From Octopus bimaculoides (lineage: Eukaryota): DNA of 64,000 bases. Below the pieces are notes generated by a model that saw only the letters and a program-made list of their open reading frames with translations, was not told the origin of the DNA and did not search any database. The stretch is taken from the NCBI RefSeq assembly GCF_001194135.2, contig NC_068985.1, positions 11,551,986 through 11,615,985 on the forward strand. The letters run 5' to 3'. Shown here one piece after another: positions 1 through 13,886 of this stretch (position 1 is its first letter; every line of letters begins with the position of its first letter). The position numbers and the translations under genes were made by a program.

Positions 1-31
<31 letters not shown>

Positions 32-729
32 CCAGTACTACATCAAGTATCGGATTGAACTCTTTCCCATGCGAATTATCTGAAAATAGATAAGGTTTCT
101 GGTCAACTGCTACACTATTGATTACGATAACATCGCGTTACTAAGGACCGATTGATTAACTTTCCACCTACAATCTCTCCTCGGATCGATGGATACTCGC
201 GAGAGATGGTATTCTCTTTATTCTGCATTGATACATTATTTTTTCTGTTCGGATATTTCCACCTCACTCTATCAATATCTTTCAGCTTTCTTTCCTACGC
301 TTTCATTCTACATATTCCACCTTTTGTATACATTTTTTATTCCCCTACTCATTCTATAACTCAGTCGAGCTTCGCTTTTGTGAATATTCATAAGAAAATA
401 ATATGGCCGATTAAGTAAATGTTCTTGAAATCATGAGGTTCTGTTTAGATCTCATTGTTTGGTATCCCATTTACCATAGCTTCAAATTGACCCATATATC
501 GTCTGTGAGACTGAGTGGACGGGGATTACGTACAGGCCAGTCAGCTGGATTATCTCAGGGAGTCAAAAATGGAAACGTTGTGTTGTGCTACGTTTTATAT
601 AGCCTGGGCATAAAGTAAGGGTCGTAGTGATCAGAGAATTGTGGTGAAATTGTATGTGTAGAGAGGTACTTTCGAGCAAATGGAATGTTCATTGCACGTA
701 AAAGCATATAAGCATGGAGACAGACAAAC

Positions 730-808
<79 letters not shown>

Positions 809-1851
809 GAGAGAGGAAGAGAATGAGAGAGAAAAGGAAAACAGAGAGAGAAGTAGAGAGAGAGAGGGATCCTAATATGCGTAGGTGACATCTATTTTGT
901 GACATAGAAACACTTGTAAAAGAAATTGTTTTCCGACACGGGTGCTTCCATACCGAGCACCGTTACACGTTTGTGCGTGCATAAACCTGTTGTGATTGAT
1001 TCAATCCATGTATCTATATATGTGGGCATAAAGACATACATATATGTAAATGTATTTGCGTACATATAAATACATAATGTATATATATATATATATATAT
1101 ATACATATATACACACACACACTTATATATACATAAAAATATATACATATACGCACACACACACACACACATTTATATATACATAAAAATATATACATAT
1201 ATGCACATATATATACATATAGATACATACATACATGCATACATACAGAGAGAGAGCAACCGAGAGAGAATGATTAGATAGATAGATGGAGATATGCAGT
1301 TATGTGTGCACATATAAACATATACATATTTCTCTGTGTGTATGTGTCAGTGTGTATGTGTCTGTGTGCGTGTGCATGTGTGTGCTTATACGACATTGCA
1401 ATGTACCTGTGTGAATATTCTGGAAGGTTATATAGCTTCGTACAAATTCATGTCCACTTGATTGATACCTATACATAAATTAGATTCCAAAATCCATTGG
1501 AATTGACATTTTAATATATTGCTCATAACCATTATGACGTCATGTATTTTCAGTGAATACTGTCTTCTAAGCATTTCACTATCCTTCTATTCAGCAAAAG
1601 GCTGACTTCTCATTAGTTACTGTTGCATTAGTTTAGCTCCACGTTAAATTTGATCGACTTGTGTTATGATCACTTAATGTCCAGCTGAACAATCTGTATC
1701 CTCCTTTACGCAGAGAACCCTGGAAAATATTACTTAACGCGTTCTCATAGCGTGTAACAGGATGGGTTATGGCACTCTACATCTAACAGGTTGAGCGACC
1801 ACGTAGATGTACATTTTTGGGTTCTTTCTTAGTAGTTATAGGCCCGCTAGA

Positions 1852-2646
1852 ACAGCAGCTAAACCTTTCTTCTTGTCTCATCCAGTAATATTATACAAGG
1901 TGGGACATATAAAATGTGTTCTACAGTTGTAGGACAACTGAAACGTTTCGTAAAGCACAACTCCACTGAGTCTTCTGCTACACCCTTCTATCCATCGGCA
2001 GCTAAACTTTTCTTCATGGCTCATCCAGTAATATTATACAAGGNNNNNNNNNNNNNNNNNNNNNNNNNNNNNNNNNNNNNNNNNNNNNNNNNNNNNNNNN
2101 NNNNNNNNNNNNNNNNNNNNNNNNNNNNNNNNNNNNNNNNNNNNNNNNNNNNNNNNNNNNNNNNNNNNNNNNNNNNNNNNNNNNNNNNNNNNNNNNNNNN
2201 NNNNNNNNNNNNNNNNNNNNNNNNNNNNNNNNNNNNNNNNNNNNNNNNNNNNNNNNNNNNNNNNNNNNNNNNNNNNNNNNNNNNNNNNNNNNNNNNNNNN
2301 NNNNNNNNNNNNNNNNNNNNNNNNNAAAGCCCAACTCCACTGAGTCTTCTGCTACACCCTTCTATCCATCGGCAGCTAAACTTTTCTTCATGGCTCATCC
2401 AGTAATATTATACAAGCTGGGACATATAAAATGTGTTCTACAGTTGTAGGACAACTGAAACGTTTCGTAAAGCCCAACTCCACTGAGTCTTCTGCTACAC
2501 CCTTCTATCCATCGGCAGCTAAACTTTTCTTCATGGCTCATCCAGTAATATTATACAAGGTGGGACATATAAAATGTTCTACAGTTGTAGGACAACTGAA
2601 ACGTTTCGTAAAGCCCAGCGTCACTGAGTCTTCTGCTACATCCTTG
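1852..2646. repeat. 143-bp tandem satellite, at least 4 near-identical units, interrupted by a gap at 2044-2325
   Basis: TCCAGTAATATTATACAAG recurs at 1881, 2024, 2398 and 2541 (period 143). Each unit contains the palindrome GAAACGTTTC and the hairpin CAGTTGT-AGG-ACAACTG. Confidence 0.95.
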
Positions 2647-3289
2647 TAACAATTCAGTAGCTTCATTGTTCATTCCCTATACTTTAAAATGACGAAAGAC
2701 ACTCTCTCACTCGGAAACGATTGGGATTCCATCTGAATATTAAAAGCGATGTAATTATCGATGTCTAACATCATATTATTTTTAGAATTCAGTTAAAACA
2801 TTCACATTATTTAACTGGTATTTTATTTTATCAACTCCCAATCAATGAAAGGCAAAACTTCCTTGGCAAGCTATGAAATGAAAATGCGAAGAAACGTAAC
2901 TAAATATTTCAAACTATTTTATCCGGTTTTCAAGCGAATCAGTCCAAGCTGCTATATTCAATACAGCAATGCATTTATAATCACACTCATCCGTTTAATT
3001 ACTATTAAAACTATCATATACTAGGAAAAGGAAATTTTATACATTAAGATTTCCTGAGCGAAATATTTTACGCATTTTCATATAGAAATCGAAATCAGGC
3101 CAGAGGAATTATCTACGCCTCTATCAGTCACAATGTTTTGGTGTTTCAGAACGACTCTGGTCTATAAGCAAACAGGTACAAGGATGAGCCAATTAAGGGA
3201 AGTTTTTGGTGGTCGCGTGATACATGATAAATATGAATTAAATTATTTTAAAAATTGAAGGGAAGGACATACTTGATTCTATTTGCAGC

Positions 3290-3605
3290 ATCGTGATTCC
3301 GGCTTTAGTCCCACTGCGTGAACCTGAGGTAGTTATCCTCTCTTATCAGCGCAAATGCTTTATAAGTGAATAGGTTGGGCGGAAACTGTGAGGAACCTTG
3401 CGGCCCACATGTCACAACCGGTGTTGTTTTGTTCCCGTCCTCGTAATTTGGCAGTTCAGCAAAAGTATCGATAGAAATAAAGTAGAAAACACCAGGCTGA
3501 TAATTATGTACCTGAGTCGATTTATTCGACTAAAACGTTTCAAGGCAGAAACCCTGTTTGATTGCGGTCCAGTGACTGAATTGATTCAAGATAAAGAATG
3601 GGAAA
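3290..3605 (+). mobile_element. Diverged tRNA-derived SINE, same family as 36283-36731
   Basis: Degenerate matches to GGTTCAGTCCCACTGCGTG, ACAACCGGTGTTG, GCAGTTCAGCAAAAG and GTCGATTTATTCGACTAAA of the 36.3-kb copy. Confidence 0.7.
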
Positions 3606-4833
3606 TATCAAGGCTGAAATGATTTTGATCATTTGTAGACTCCAGAAATGTTGACGTGGGTCGAATAAACAACAATAGGATCAAACAACTTGAGTGTATT
3701 GAAGATATTCTTTCCTGTTTGGTTATACGGTTTCATGGTATACTGGTTTCATCGCTCTATTGAACATTACTACCTGGGAATTGGATGACATAAGTGGGAG
3801 AGTCCAGTTTATTGCAAGCACTTGGGACAGGCCTAACCATTCGAAGAAACCTTTTTATTTCCATCAGACCAGCGATACGCAATGAAGGAAATTATGTGTA
3901 CTGCGTACCATGTTTGTACCATGTTTGAAATTGTAGTGTAAGCCTAACTCTCATAAGTTTATATCTGCATGTATCAATCCATTGATAAATAAAGACTGCA
4001 AAGAGAAATGGGCACTTCCTTTACTCTGGACTAATAGTTCAATAAAAAAAATTAACGATCAGCCATATGTGAGAAATCATTGCTTAGATCATTGCATCGA
4101 ACAACATACTAACTATACTCTACATCCATATCGCTTGCTTTTGGTGATATTTTTGTTTTTCTCAATAAGCGTCTGTCGTGGTGGTGGTGGGAAAATCTGT
4201 TAATGCTTTTGTGTACGAGTGCATATGCATGTGTGTTTTAAATCTTTTCTCGGTTTGTTTGATTAAATATTTTATGTACTCAGAATAGTACAACATGAAT
4301 GAATGCATAAGGCGTGGCACTAAAGATATGAGTTTGGGTTTCCTAAAACTTGTATTAGAGAAATAATAAATATTATATAATCTACGTATTGATTGAAATA
4401 TCGACTGGAATAGCCGGTATTTATTTTATAAAACAATGGCAACACGCATTAATGTGAGGAGAATCTCCTAGCTAGCCTATATTTCTTTATTAGGGTAAAT
4501 CATCTTCTATTATATAATCTTTTATGTCGATGTCAAGTTTGTTAGCAAACACTTTCCCTGTCAACTTCTGATGTCATTTCCTATATTAGCATCAAATCAT
4601 ACGGTTTCCTGCGTCTATATCTCCCTTGTGATGGTACTACTTTCCTACACAATCCATTTTGCAATGGCTGAGTACAAAAGGAAAGAAGAAAGAAAGAAAG
4701 GAAGAACGTGAACGATATTCAATTTCAGTGTTTAGTTTCCATTTATACTTTATTAATGAGTGGCGTAAATGCAATAATCTCGATGCGATTGTATTAAAGC
4801 AGTCAATTTTTTTCCCGTTTGATGTTGTTGCAG

Positions 4834-4873
4834 ATGTTATTAACGTTGTATTTATATTTATATTTAGCATCAG
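4834..4873 (+). CDS. Candidate 40-nt exon (MLLTLYLYLYLAS, phase 1 end; signal-peptide-like)
   Basis: Acceptor ttttttcccgtttgatgttgttgcag and donor CAG|gtaagc. Open in two frames (alternative: DVINVVFIFIFSI). No homology evidence. Confidence 0.3.
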
Positions 4874-6181
4874 GTAAGCCCTTATCGAACAGAGCTTAGG
4901 AGATAGAAGATATTCCAGGCCTAACAAACCTGTTACTCTTACTGGATGGAGGTAATCTATAACTACACTAGCTGATGTGTCCATCTTTTTTTTTAAACAG
5001 TGATGAGTGCGATTTGAAGATTGACTGCTGTTTCTTGTAATTTCTTCTGAGTCAGGTGGCCACATAATGACTACTGGTATCTACTGTAATGTTGTTTCTG
5101 TTTTTTTTTTTCGTTCGTGGTGATGGTGGTAGCGGTGGTGTTGGTTAGAGATGGTAGTAATGGTGATGTTGGTGATGGTGGCGTCTCTGTTGTTATTGTT
5201 TAGTTCCAACACAAACCTGACCGAAAAAACCCATGAACTGATCAAAGCAATTAGAGTTTTAATGATTTATTGATTGCATCCTTCATATTTGAATACGGTA
5301 ATGGCGCAATTTTACAGAAATGTATTTATTATCTTGAGCTGCTCGCCCATTTCGCAAACACTTCCTCGTTAGTCACTGGGTTACTTAAAACAAAAGATTC
5401 AGATAACTTATTGTTCAGCGAAGCTACTTTTTAAACAACTTGTTATTAAAGAGATATGTATGTATATACACGTTTCTTAATTTGTGCAAGATATATATTA
5501 GTGTGTGTGTGTGTGTGNNNNNNNNNNNNNNNNNNNNNNNNNNNNNNNNNNNNNNNNNNNNNNNNNNNNNNNNNNNNNNNNNNNNNNNNNNNNNNNNNNN
5601 NNNNNNNNNNNNNNNNNNNNNNNNNNNNNNNNNNNNNNNNNNNNNNNNNNNNNNNNNNNNNNNNNNNNNNNNNNNNNNNNNNNNNNNNNNNNNNNNNNNN
5701 NNNNNNNNNNNNNNNNNNNNNNNNNNNNNNNNNNNNNNNNNNNNNNNNNNNNNNNNNNNNNNNNNNNNNNNNNNNNNNNNNNNNNNNNNNNNNNNNNNNN
5801 NNNNNNNNNNNNNNNNNNNNNNNNNNNNNNNNNNNNNNNNNNNNNNNNNNNNNNNNNNNNNNNNNNNNNNNNNNNNNNNNNNNNNNNNNNNNNNNNNNNN
5901 NNNNNNNNNNNNNNNNNNNNNNNNNNNNNNNNNNNNNNNNNNNNNNNNNNNNNNNNNNNNNNNNNNNNNNNNNNNNNNNNNNNNNNNNNNNNNNNNNNNN
6001 NNNNNNNNNNNNNNNNNNNNNNNNNNNNNNNNNNNNNNNNNNNNNNNNNNNNNNNNNNNNNNNNNNNNNNNNNNNNNNNNNNNNNNNNNNNNNNNNNNNN
6101 NNNNNNNNNNNNNNNNNNNNNNNNNNNNNNNNNNNNNNNNNNNNNNNNNNNNNNNNNNNNNNNNNNNNNNNNNNNNNNNNN

Positions 6182-6238
<57 letters not shown>

Positions 6239-6320
6239 TACACCACATATATATCGTACACGCACACACACACATACACACACACATACGTACACACACA
6301 TACATACATACATACATACA

Positions 6321-6735
6321 TACCTGTAATTATTGGGTCCTTGAGATATGTAAAACACTGCCTAAATACCAATCTTGAGAAATTAGGCTTCTCAAAACCA
6401 TAAAGGAGAAAGGTAATTCAAAGACTACAGATCCAATCCATCAATGGAACTGTAAAGTTCTGTAAAACTTTCCAGAAGTTTTTCATTTAAATATATATGA
6501 GCATGTCTAGATATGTAACTATATGCATGGGAATACATACATAACACATACAAATCTGCACGTACATACATACATTTAGGTACGTACGTACGAACGTAAA
6601 TACGTACATACATACATACATACAAATGAACTTATCCTGTTGATGTTGAAATTCCAATGGAGGAACCTTGAATTTAGATTAGAAATCGGTTCTTTATTGC
6701 CAAGAAATCTTGAAATAAGCTGAATAATGACATAC
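6321..6735 (+). mobile_element. 5'-truncated non-LTR retrotransposon 3' end (RLE type, HERO/R2 group) with (CATA)n tail
   Basis: Translates IPVIIGSLRYVKHCLNTNLEKLGFSKP*RRKVIQRLQIQSINGTVKFCKTFQKFFI, closely matching the RLE ORF at 46155-46500. Its 3' UTR matches the reverse complement of 46603-46700. Flanked by (CATA)n on both sides. Confidence 0.85.
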
Positions 6736-7140
6736 ATACATACATACACATACGTACATACATACATACACACACATACATACATGTGTACATAAGTACA
6801 TGTATGTATATATTTATTTCTAATATATTAATCTATATATGGATTATATTTCCTATGTTTATTTTATATGTAATAGAGTCATTTTGCTTTACTACTACGC
6901 AGTCACACACATTCATTGTTTATGTTTAGCCCCACAGATTAGCGAACCGTGCCAAGAAGCATATTTATAACAAAAGACTTGGATTCAATCGAGATGGAAC
7001 AAAACATTCTCAGTGTATTTTGAAATCGAAGGAGCCGGAAGAATCTAATAACTTTTGAATTCATTATCAGGAATTACTTTCAATGTTCAGTTGGAATATT
7101 CGATTCTGTAGTACGAAGTGATTTCCTCAGTTAAGCAGTA

Positions 7141-7447
7141 TTGTTGTTTGTTCCTTCTCGAGCCATGCCTGGCTCATAAGGGCCGCTTTCCCGGTTTCAT
7201 TGGCGTATAGGTTTCCCACCTGGATGGGACGCTGGTCTGTCGCAGGTTAAATGCTAGACGTAGGAAAAAAAACTTAAGGAAAGTTGTGGCGAAAGTGTCA
7301 GCAGAAGTTCACCATTACCTTCTGCCGGAGTCGTGTGGAGCTTAGGTATTTCGCTCATAAACACACACATCTCCCGGTCTGAGATTCGAACCGGCGATCC
7401 CTCTACCGCGAGTCCGCTGCTCTAACCATAAGGCCATGTGCCTCCAC
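7141..7447 (-). mobile_element. Full-length tRNA-derived SINE with 15-bp TSD
   Basis: Minus-strand head GTGGAGGCACATGGCC...GGTTCGAATCTC with A/B-box-like motifs and an (AAC)n-like tail. Direct repeat CTCAGTTAAGCAGTA at 7126-7140 and 7447-7461. Confidence 0.9.
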
Positions 7448-7988
7448 TCAGTTAAGCAGTACTCTTTAATAATCCATTGCACTACGGGCACAAGAGGGAG
7501 TTAGTCTGTTATATTGACCCCTAAGTACAACTGGTATTTATTACAAGTTTTCATTTTATTTTTTGTCCGGCGAACGAATGATTCTTTAAGTTTGTCACCT
7601 TGGAGTACACTTAAATAGTAAAATTTTCTATCATCGTTGTAGTCTTGCTCCAGGTCAAACACCGATCGAGCTGTCATAATCCATAGTATTGTACTTGCAT
7701 CAATTTTATATACGAGAAGAATATAAAACTCAAAATATTACATGGATTAAAAAGCAATGGCAATGAAAATTAAAAGAAAATACATCGTCTCCCTGTAAAT
7801 TGATATAAAATCCATCAGGATGTTCTTATTCCGTTTAACTGTATTACGACACAAAACGCATGTTAGTTGTGCATTGCAAGTAAATGGCGTATTGTGTCTA
7901 TCTCACTTGTCTGTACTTAACGCTTCTCTGTTTATCTTCCATTCAATATGAATGCCATGCAAATATACACACACACACACACACACAA

Positions 7989-8045
<57 letters not shown>

Positions 8046-8215
8046 TTTATCGATCTGTTAAAAGATCAACAAAGTACTCCATCCGGTGAGAGATATCATT
8101 TGATAGCAGGAGACACAAGAAGTGTTATAAAAACCTGCCTTGTCAGGCGTCTCCAATGCACGAAACTATTATTAGCTCGTATTTTTATACTGTATTCATC
8201 AAACGATATATACAT

Positions 8216-8259
<44 letters not shown>

Positions 8260-10478
8260 TCATACACATGTATATATGTATGTATGTATACATACACATA
8301 CACACAGCATTTAAAAAGATTTTCGTCCATTAAAGAAATAGCGCATTGCAGCGATGCTCATTATTTCGGGCAATCAGGAATTTAAGGCTCAATATCCCAC
8401 AAAATGTAAACAATCTATTTTTATCTGCATCCTGCTTAATTTCCAAACTATGTAATGAACGGTAATATGGTGTCCGTGATAAATCTGTCAGCTTGTGAAA
8501 CTTCGCTGCCTTTAAGTTGGATATTTTGACCATTACCCATACATATTTGTGCAGCAATTTTCTAATTACTGAACTAACTATAAGTTTTGTTAAAGCAACA
8601 TTAGGCCCCTTGTTCTCTCGTTATGTTACATCAGTGAAAAACAATACTTTCAGACATCCCACTATGTGGATTATGAAGGATATAGTGAAAGAAGATATTT
8701 CAAGCCTTTACTTAGAAGATATAGTACAATATTACTCAGCAAACTCCCAGGGCTTTATCTGACAAATATATGTTTACTGATATGAAACAAGAAGCTGCAG
8801 AATTCACTCGAGCGTTTGCGAGTGCGGCTTGGAGTGTTCAAGAAGCATTCTGATATCTGTTACAATCAGATGACTTTATGAATCAGGAAGTGCTGGCTTT
8901 AAAACGTACAGCAAAAGCGATCTCTATTGTAAAATAAGTTATATTTCCACTAAACTTGATTTAGAGTGACGTGGGATTAATTTGGACACGTTTACCCTCT
9001 ATCACTTTTAATTTAAAGGAGGAAAAAGGGTCTCGAGGATACAGCAGTAAAGGATAATATCATAAACATGACTAGTAACTTGAAATATAAATGCTTCGTG
9101 ATTGACGTTGTGATTCTCCAATTACAATGAAAAGCGACTCCAAATCTCGCCTGCCAAAGGAATAGTAGTCTAACTGAAATGCTTGTGTTACACAGAATTT
9201 CCTTGAACCCAAATGATTCACTGCACTGTTCTGCTTTACTGTCGAATGTTACTGTAAGAAGAATTTCGGAAAACAGGAATTGTCTATTTTAGAAAATGTT
9301 TTAGATCAGCGTTCAGATATCAATTTACCCTAAGCTTGTATACGTGTCGAAGTAGTTTTTATTCCAGAGAGTTTACGGATCAATGTGTTATTTCCGTTCC
9401 GTTCAACGCATAGCTTAAAGTACATCAAATCAGTTGATTACTACGACTGATGAAAATTACCGGGCTTAAAATTTCTCGAAAAATTACGTTGCATAACAAT
9501 GGAAACGAAAACCGGTAACAGTGTTTGAAAGGAAGCTAAACACACATATCTTATTGGGGATTGGGATAATCTCTACCCATTATATTCCAGTAAAATCAAA
9601 GGATAAACTACAATCAGTCACACCTTGTACAGTTTTCGTAGGCATTGGTGTTTTAATAAATTCATGCGAATAAAGCTAAGGACTTCTTACATTCTGATAG
9701 CGAGACATTTGTCAAAGAAAATCTTGGTGAGTGAACAGAATCATAAATGTTAAGAGCTAGTAGTCAACAGGAGCTAGATAATGCAAAAGATATTCAAGAT
9801 AAAAGTCTTAATGGATTATCCCCGATTAAGAGCAACTTTCAGATTTTGAAAGAAGAATGAAGACATATAGACTTGAATGAGGCATTTTAAACAGGGAATG
9901 AAAGCAGTCGACCATGAAAAATCTTTTCTTGGTGAAACTTATAATGAAAATAGCAGTACTACAAATAAGGTTCAGTATTTCGCATTCCTAATTGGTTGTA
10001 TTATCTAAAGTAATCAAACGTGCACGTACGTGTACACACGGACACACACAAACGCATGTATGTATGCAGATTGATAGATAAATTGATAGATACATATAGA
10101 TATAGATATATTTATCTATATATGTATATAGTACACATGTATATATATATATATATATACATACATATATGTATGTATTCTTCAATTAGCATATTTTGTT
10201 CCAAGGAGCATTCCTACATGATTCCTATTTTATTAAATTACGCATAATTTGGTTGAAAGAATGTTTTTATGGAAGTATAGGCATTGGGCGCGTCCAAACT
10301 GTTAAACTATGGTGTATATTTCAGTAATATTTTAACATGCTCTGATAAAGAAGTTTCTGATGGCGGAACAAACAAAAAGTGGTGAGACATATTAATTTCG
10401 TTATTCGAGGAAGCGGTTATGAATATGTATATTATATATATATATGTGTACATATATGCGCACGTGTGTGTGTGTTTG

Positions 10479-10518
<40 letters not shown>

Positions 10519-10703
10519 AATATATATATATATATATATACACATATATATACATAAATATATATATACACATATATATACATAAATATATACATAAATA
10601 TATATATACATATATATATACATAAATATATATATACATATATGTATATATATTTATACACACAAAAATACGCGTATATATTTTTTCTGTCTATTTATCT
10701 ATC

Positions 10704-10746
<43 letters not shown>

Positions 10747-10751
<5 letters not shown>

Positions 10752-10847
10752 AACTTATGACATTAGGACGTACGAAAGGCCGCTATGCATTTTATCCTGC
10801 GTGATCACGATTCTACCTGCTCGCCACTTATTTATGAAACGAACATC

Positions 10848-10852
<5 letters not shown>
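10747..10852 (+). repeat. 106-bp direct duplicate of 14185-14290, embedded in (TA)n
   Basis: 105 of 106 nt identical (GCC vs GTC) by direct comparison. Confidence 0.95.
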
Positions 10853-10891
<39 letters not shown>

Positions 10892-11280
10892 TCACATTAA
10901 ATAACACATATGTACATATTTATATGCATATATACGTGCATATATACACATATATAACTTTATACATATATGTGTGTGTGTGTGTGATCCCAATAACGCA
11001 GCTCTCAATCCTGGTTATCAATGCATTTATCTGTATAATTATTAATCTTTTAGCAATCTTTATAAATATCACTATCTCAATCTCAGCGTAGTATATTTAT
11101 ATTGGCGCACTTGCATACGTACGTATACACATACGTATGCATATATATATACACACACATACATACATATATATATATATATAATGCATTTGTAAATCTA
11201 TCGATTTATGTACAAATATATAGAAGTGTGCGTATACGTCCATTAATATGTATGCATACAGGTATACACACACGGACACC

Positions 11281-11315
<35 letters not shown>

Positions 11316-11811
11316 NNNNNNNNNNNNNNNNNNNNNNNNNNNNNNNNNNNNNNNNNNNNNNNNNNNNNNNNNNNNNNNNNNNNNNNNNNNNNNNNNNNNN
11401 NNNNNNNNNNNNNNNNNNNNNNNNNNNNNNNNNNNNNNNNNNNNNNNNNNATCTATGTATGCAAGAATATATATATATGTACGTAGCTGGTACTATTCGT
11501 ATGACTACATATACGATAAATTCAGCCGGTGGGAAAACAATTATTCACATGCGCTAGCGTTAAACTTACAGAAATTTTTCGCTAGAGAAGATGATAAAAA
11601 GATAGAAAATAAAAAGAGTAAAATCTGAGCAACGGCAAGAAATGAACGGAAAGAATAAATACAAAGAAAACAAACAAATGAAATTATCAATTCCAGGATA
11701 GACTCTCTCAGATTCAGAGAGATGTGATTGTACGTATATATTTATACGTGTATCTGCACATACATACATACACACACATATATATATATATATATATAGA
11801 GAGAGAAATAC

Positions 11812-11857
<46 letters not shown>

Positions 11858-13820
11858 GGGTAGGTGTTGGGTAAGAGTAGGTGGATGTTTAATAATAAAG
11901 AATGTATGATTTCAAGCGCAAAATAAACGGTAGTAAGAAGAGGCTAAAGAGATAGTACATACTTTATATATATGCATACCTATGTGTATATCTGATGCGT
12001 GGAGACTAGGCGATAGAATCTGATGTATTCATTTGATGTCGAATACAAAGAGGAAAAGAAAAAAAAAAAGGAATTTTCCTAAACTTCGATTATTCTGCTA
12101 ACAGGATAATTAGCGACCTAGAACATTTTTTTCTCTCATTCACTTCTTGTCTCTTACGCATAGTCTTTCACTTACTCTCCTAGAATTGTACCAATGTTCA
12201 GCTTTTTTCTTTCTATATCTGTACGAACTTAGACACATACGCATACACACACACACANNNNNNNNNNNNNNNNNNNNNNNNNNNNNNNNNNNNNNNNNNN
12301 NNNNNNNNNNNNNNNNNNNNNNNNNNNNNNNNNNNNNNNNNNNNNNNNNNNNNNNNNNNNNNNNNNNNNNNNNNNNNNNNNNNNNNNNNNNNNNNNNNNN
12401 NNNNNNNNNNNNNNNNNNNNNNNNNNNNNNNNNNNNNNNNNNNNNNNNNNNNNNNNNNNNNNNNNNNNNNNNNNNNNNNNNNNNNNNNNNNNNNNNNNNN
12501 NNNNNNNNNNNNNNNNNNNNNNNNNNNNNNNNNNNNNNNNNNNNNNNNNNNNNNNNNNNNNNNTGTGTGTGTGCGTGTGTCGAAAGCAAGCAGAAAATGC
12601 GTCTAGTACAGGGCCATTCTCGCTCCCCAGTGACGCTGTACTTCTGTTATTTACATTGTTGTGTCTGTATGGTACATAGAAACATTCATGTAAACAATAC
12701 AACACCTGCATGTAATATATATATATATATATACATATATATATACACACATATATATATATATATATACATATATCTATGTGTATGTATATATAAGCAC
12801 ATGTCTACGTAGAGGCGCATATGTATCTGTGTGGGTGTGTATGTATACATTTGCTAGTAATTCTCTTACTTTCGCTTTCACTTTTATCTGCCAACGTATC
12901 GCTTTATCTGTTTGCATGAGTGGGTGTATATAGTACATATATGGGTGTGTGCGTGAGTGAGATTGTGTAAGTATGTATGTATAAATGTATGTATATGTGT
13001 AAGCATGCACCATATTATTTTATCACCGGAACCACCCACCGACACAAATATCAGTATATATACATAGAAACTCGCGCGTGCTCGCGACCCATACTCAGAC
13101 TCGACGTCTCTAGCACCTTCCTGGCCTTGTATTTATATTTTTATTTTAATTTATTGCTTTCCTTACATCACCGTCTCTCATCATACTTATCGTTTCTTTG
13201 TCATTTTCCCACACATTTCCTATCTATTTTCCCCTTCTCAGCAACATATACAAACGCAACATTGTGCATACACATACAATCACACACCGCCTTGCATAAA
13301 TAAGCATACAGAATATCCTACACAAAATTTGTCTGCAAGTATGTCTACTACACATATATGTGAATATGTATGTATTTATATACACACACACACACACATA
13401 TATGTATGTAAGCACATACGTGTGCCAGTGCGCACGCGTTTATATGTTTAAAGTATATACGCATCTTTGACATTATTTGCTTTCCCGCGGCGCAGTTACT
13501 TCCTAAAAAAACCTATACAACTTTAAAGCCAGTCACAAATGTGATGTTGAGACTTTAATGTTGGCGAATAGGATTTAAGTCTTTCTTTCTCACTTCCTGA
13601 AATGATGCCATTTCAATAACATGCCATTTAGAGTACGTTAGAGATATACGTATGATCTGCTCTGTTTGCTTCTCTATCGGTAAGGCAACCGATAATATTT
13701 CTGATTCTTTTTTTTTTTTTGCCTGGTTTTCATCTTTCTTACTCTGTTGATAAAAACGCCTCTCCACTGTTTGCACACAAATATTAAACATCATACACAC
13801 ATATGTATACGTATGTATAC

Positions 13821-13886
<66 letters not shown>

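Noticed and set aside
1852-2646. Possible CRISPR-like array
   Set aside because: Units are contiguous near-identical tandem copies with no unique spacers, the context is eukaryotic, and there are no cas genes.
4637-5065. 142-aa minus-strand ORF
   Set aside because: No recognisable domain and no flanking splice support; it overlaps a better + strand exon candidate.
7340-7447. tRNA-like sequences here and at 15660, 24250, 35170 and 36660
   Set aside because: They have A/B-box-like motifs but continue into SINE bodies and lack a complete cloverleaf, so they are SINE heads.
9441-9641. CTGATGA (9447) ... GAAA (9478) with possible stem I CTACGA/TCGTAG
   Set aside because: Stem III would have only 2 bp with a ~150-nt loop and a UUU triplet, and stem II has an unpaired CTC. 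Consistent with chance.
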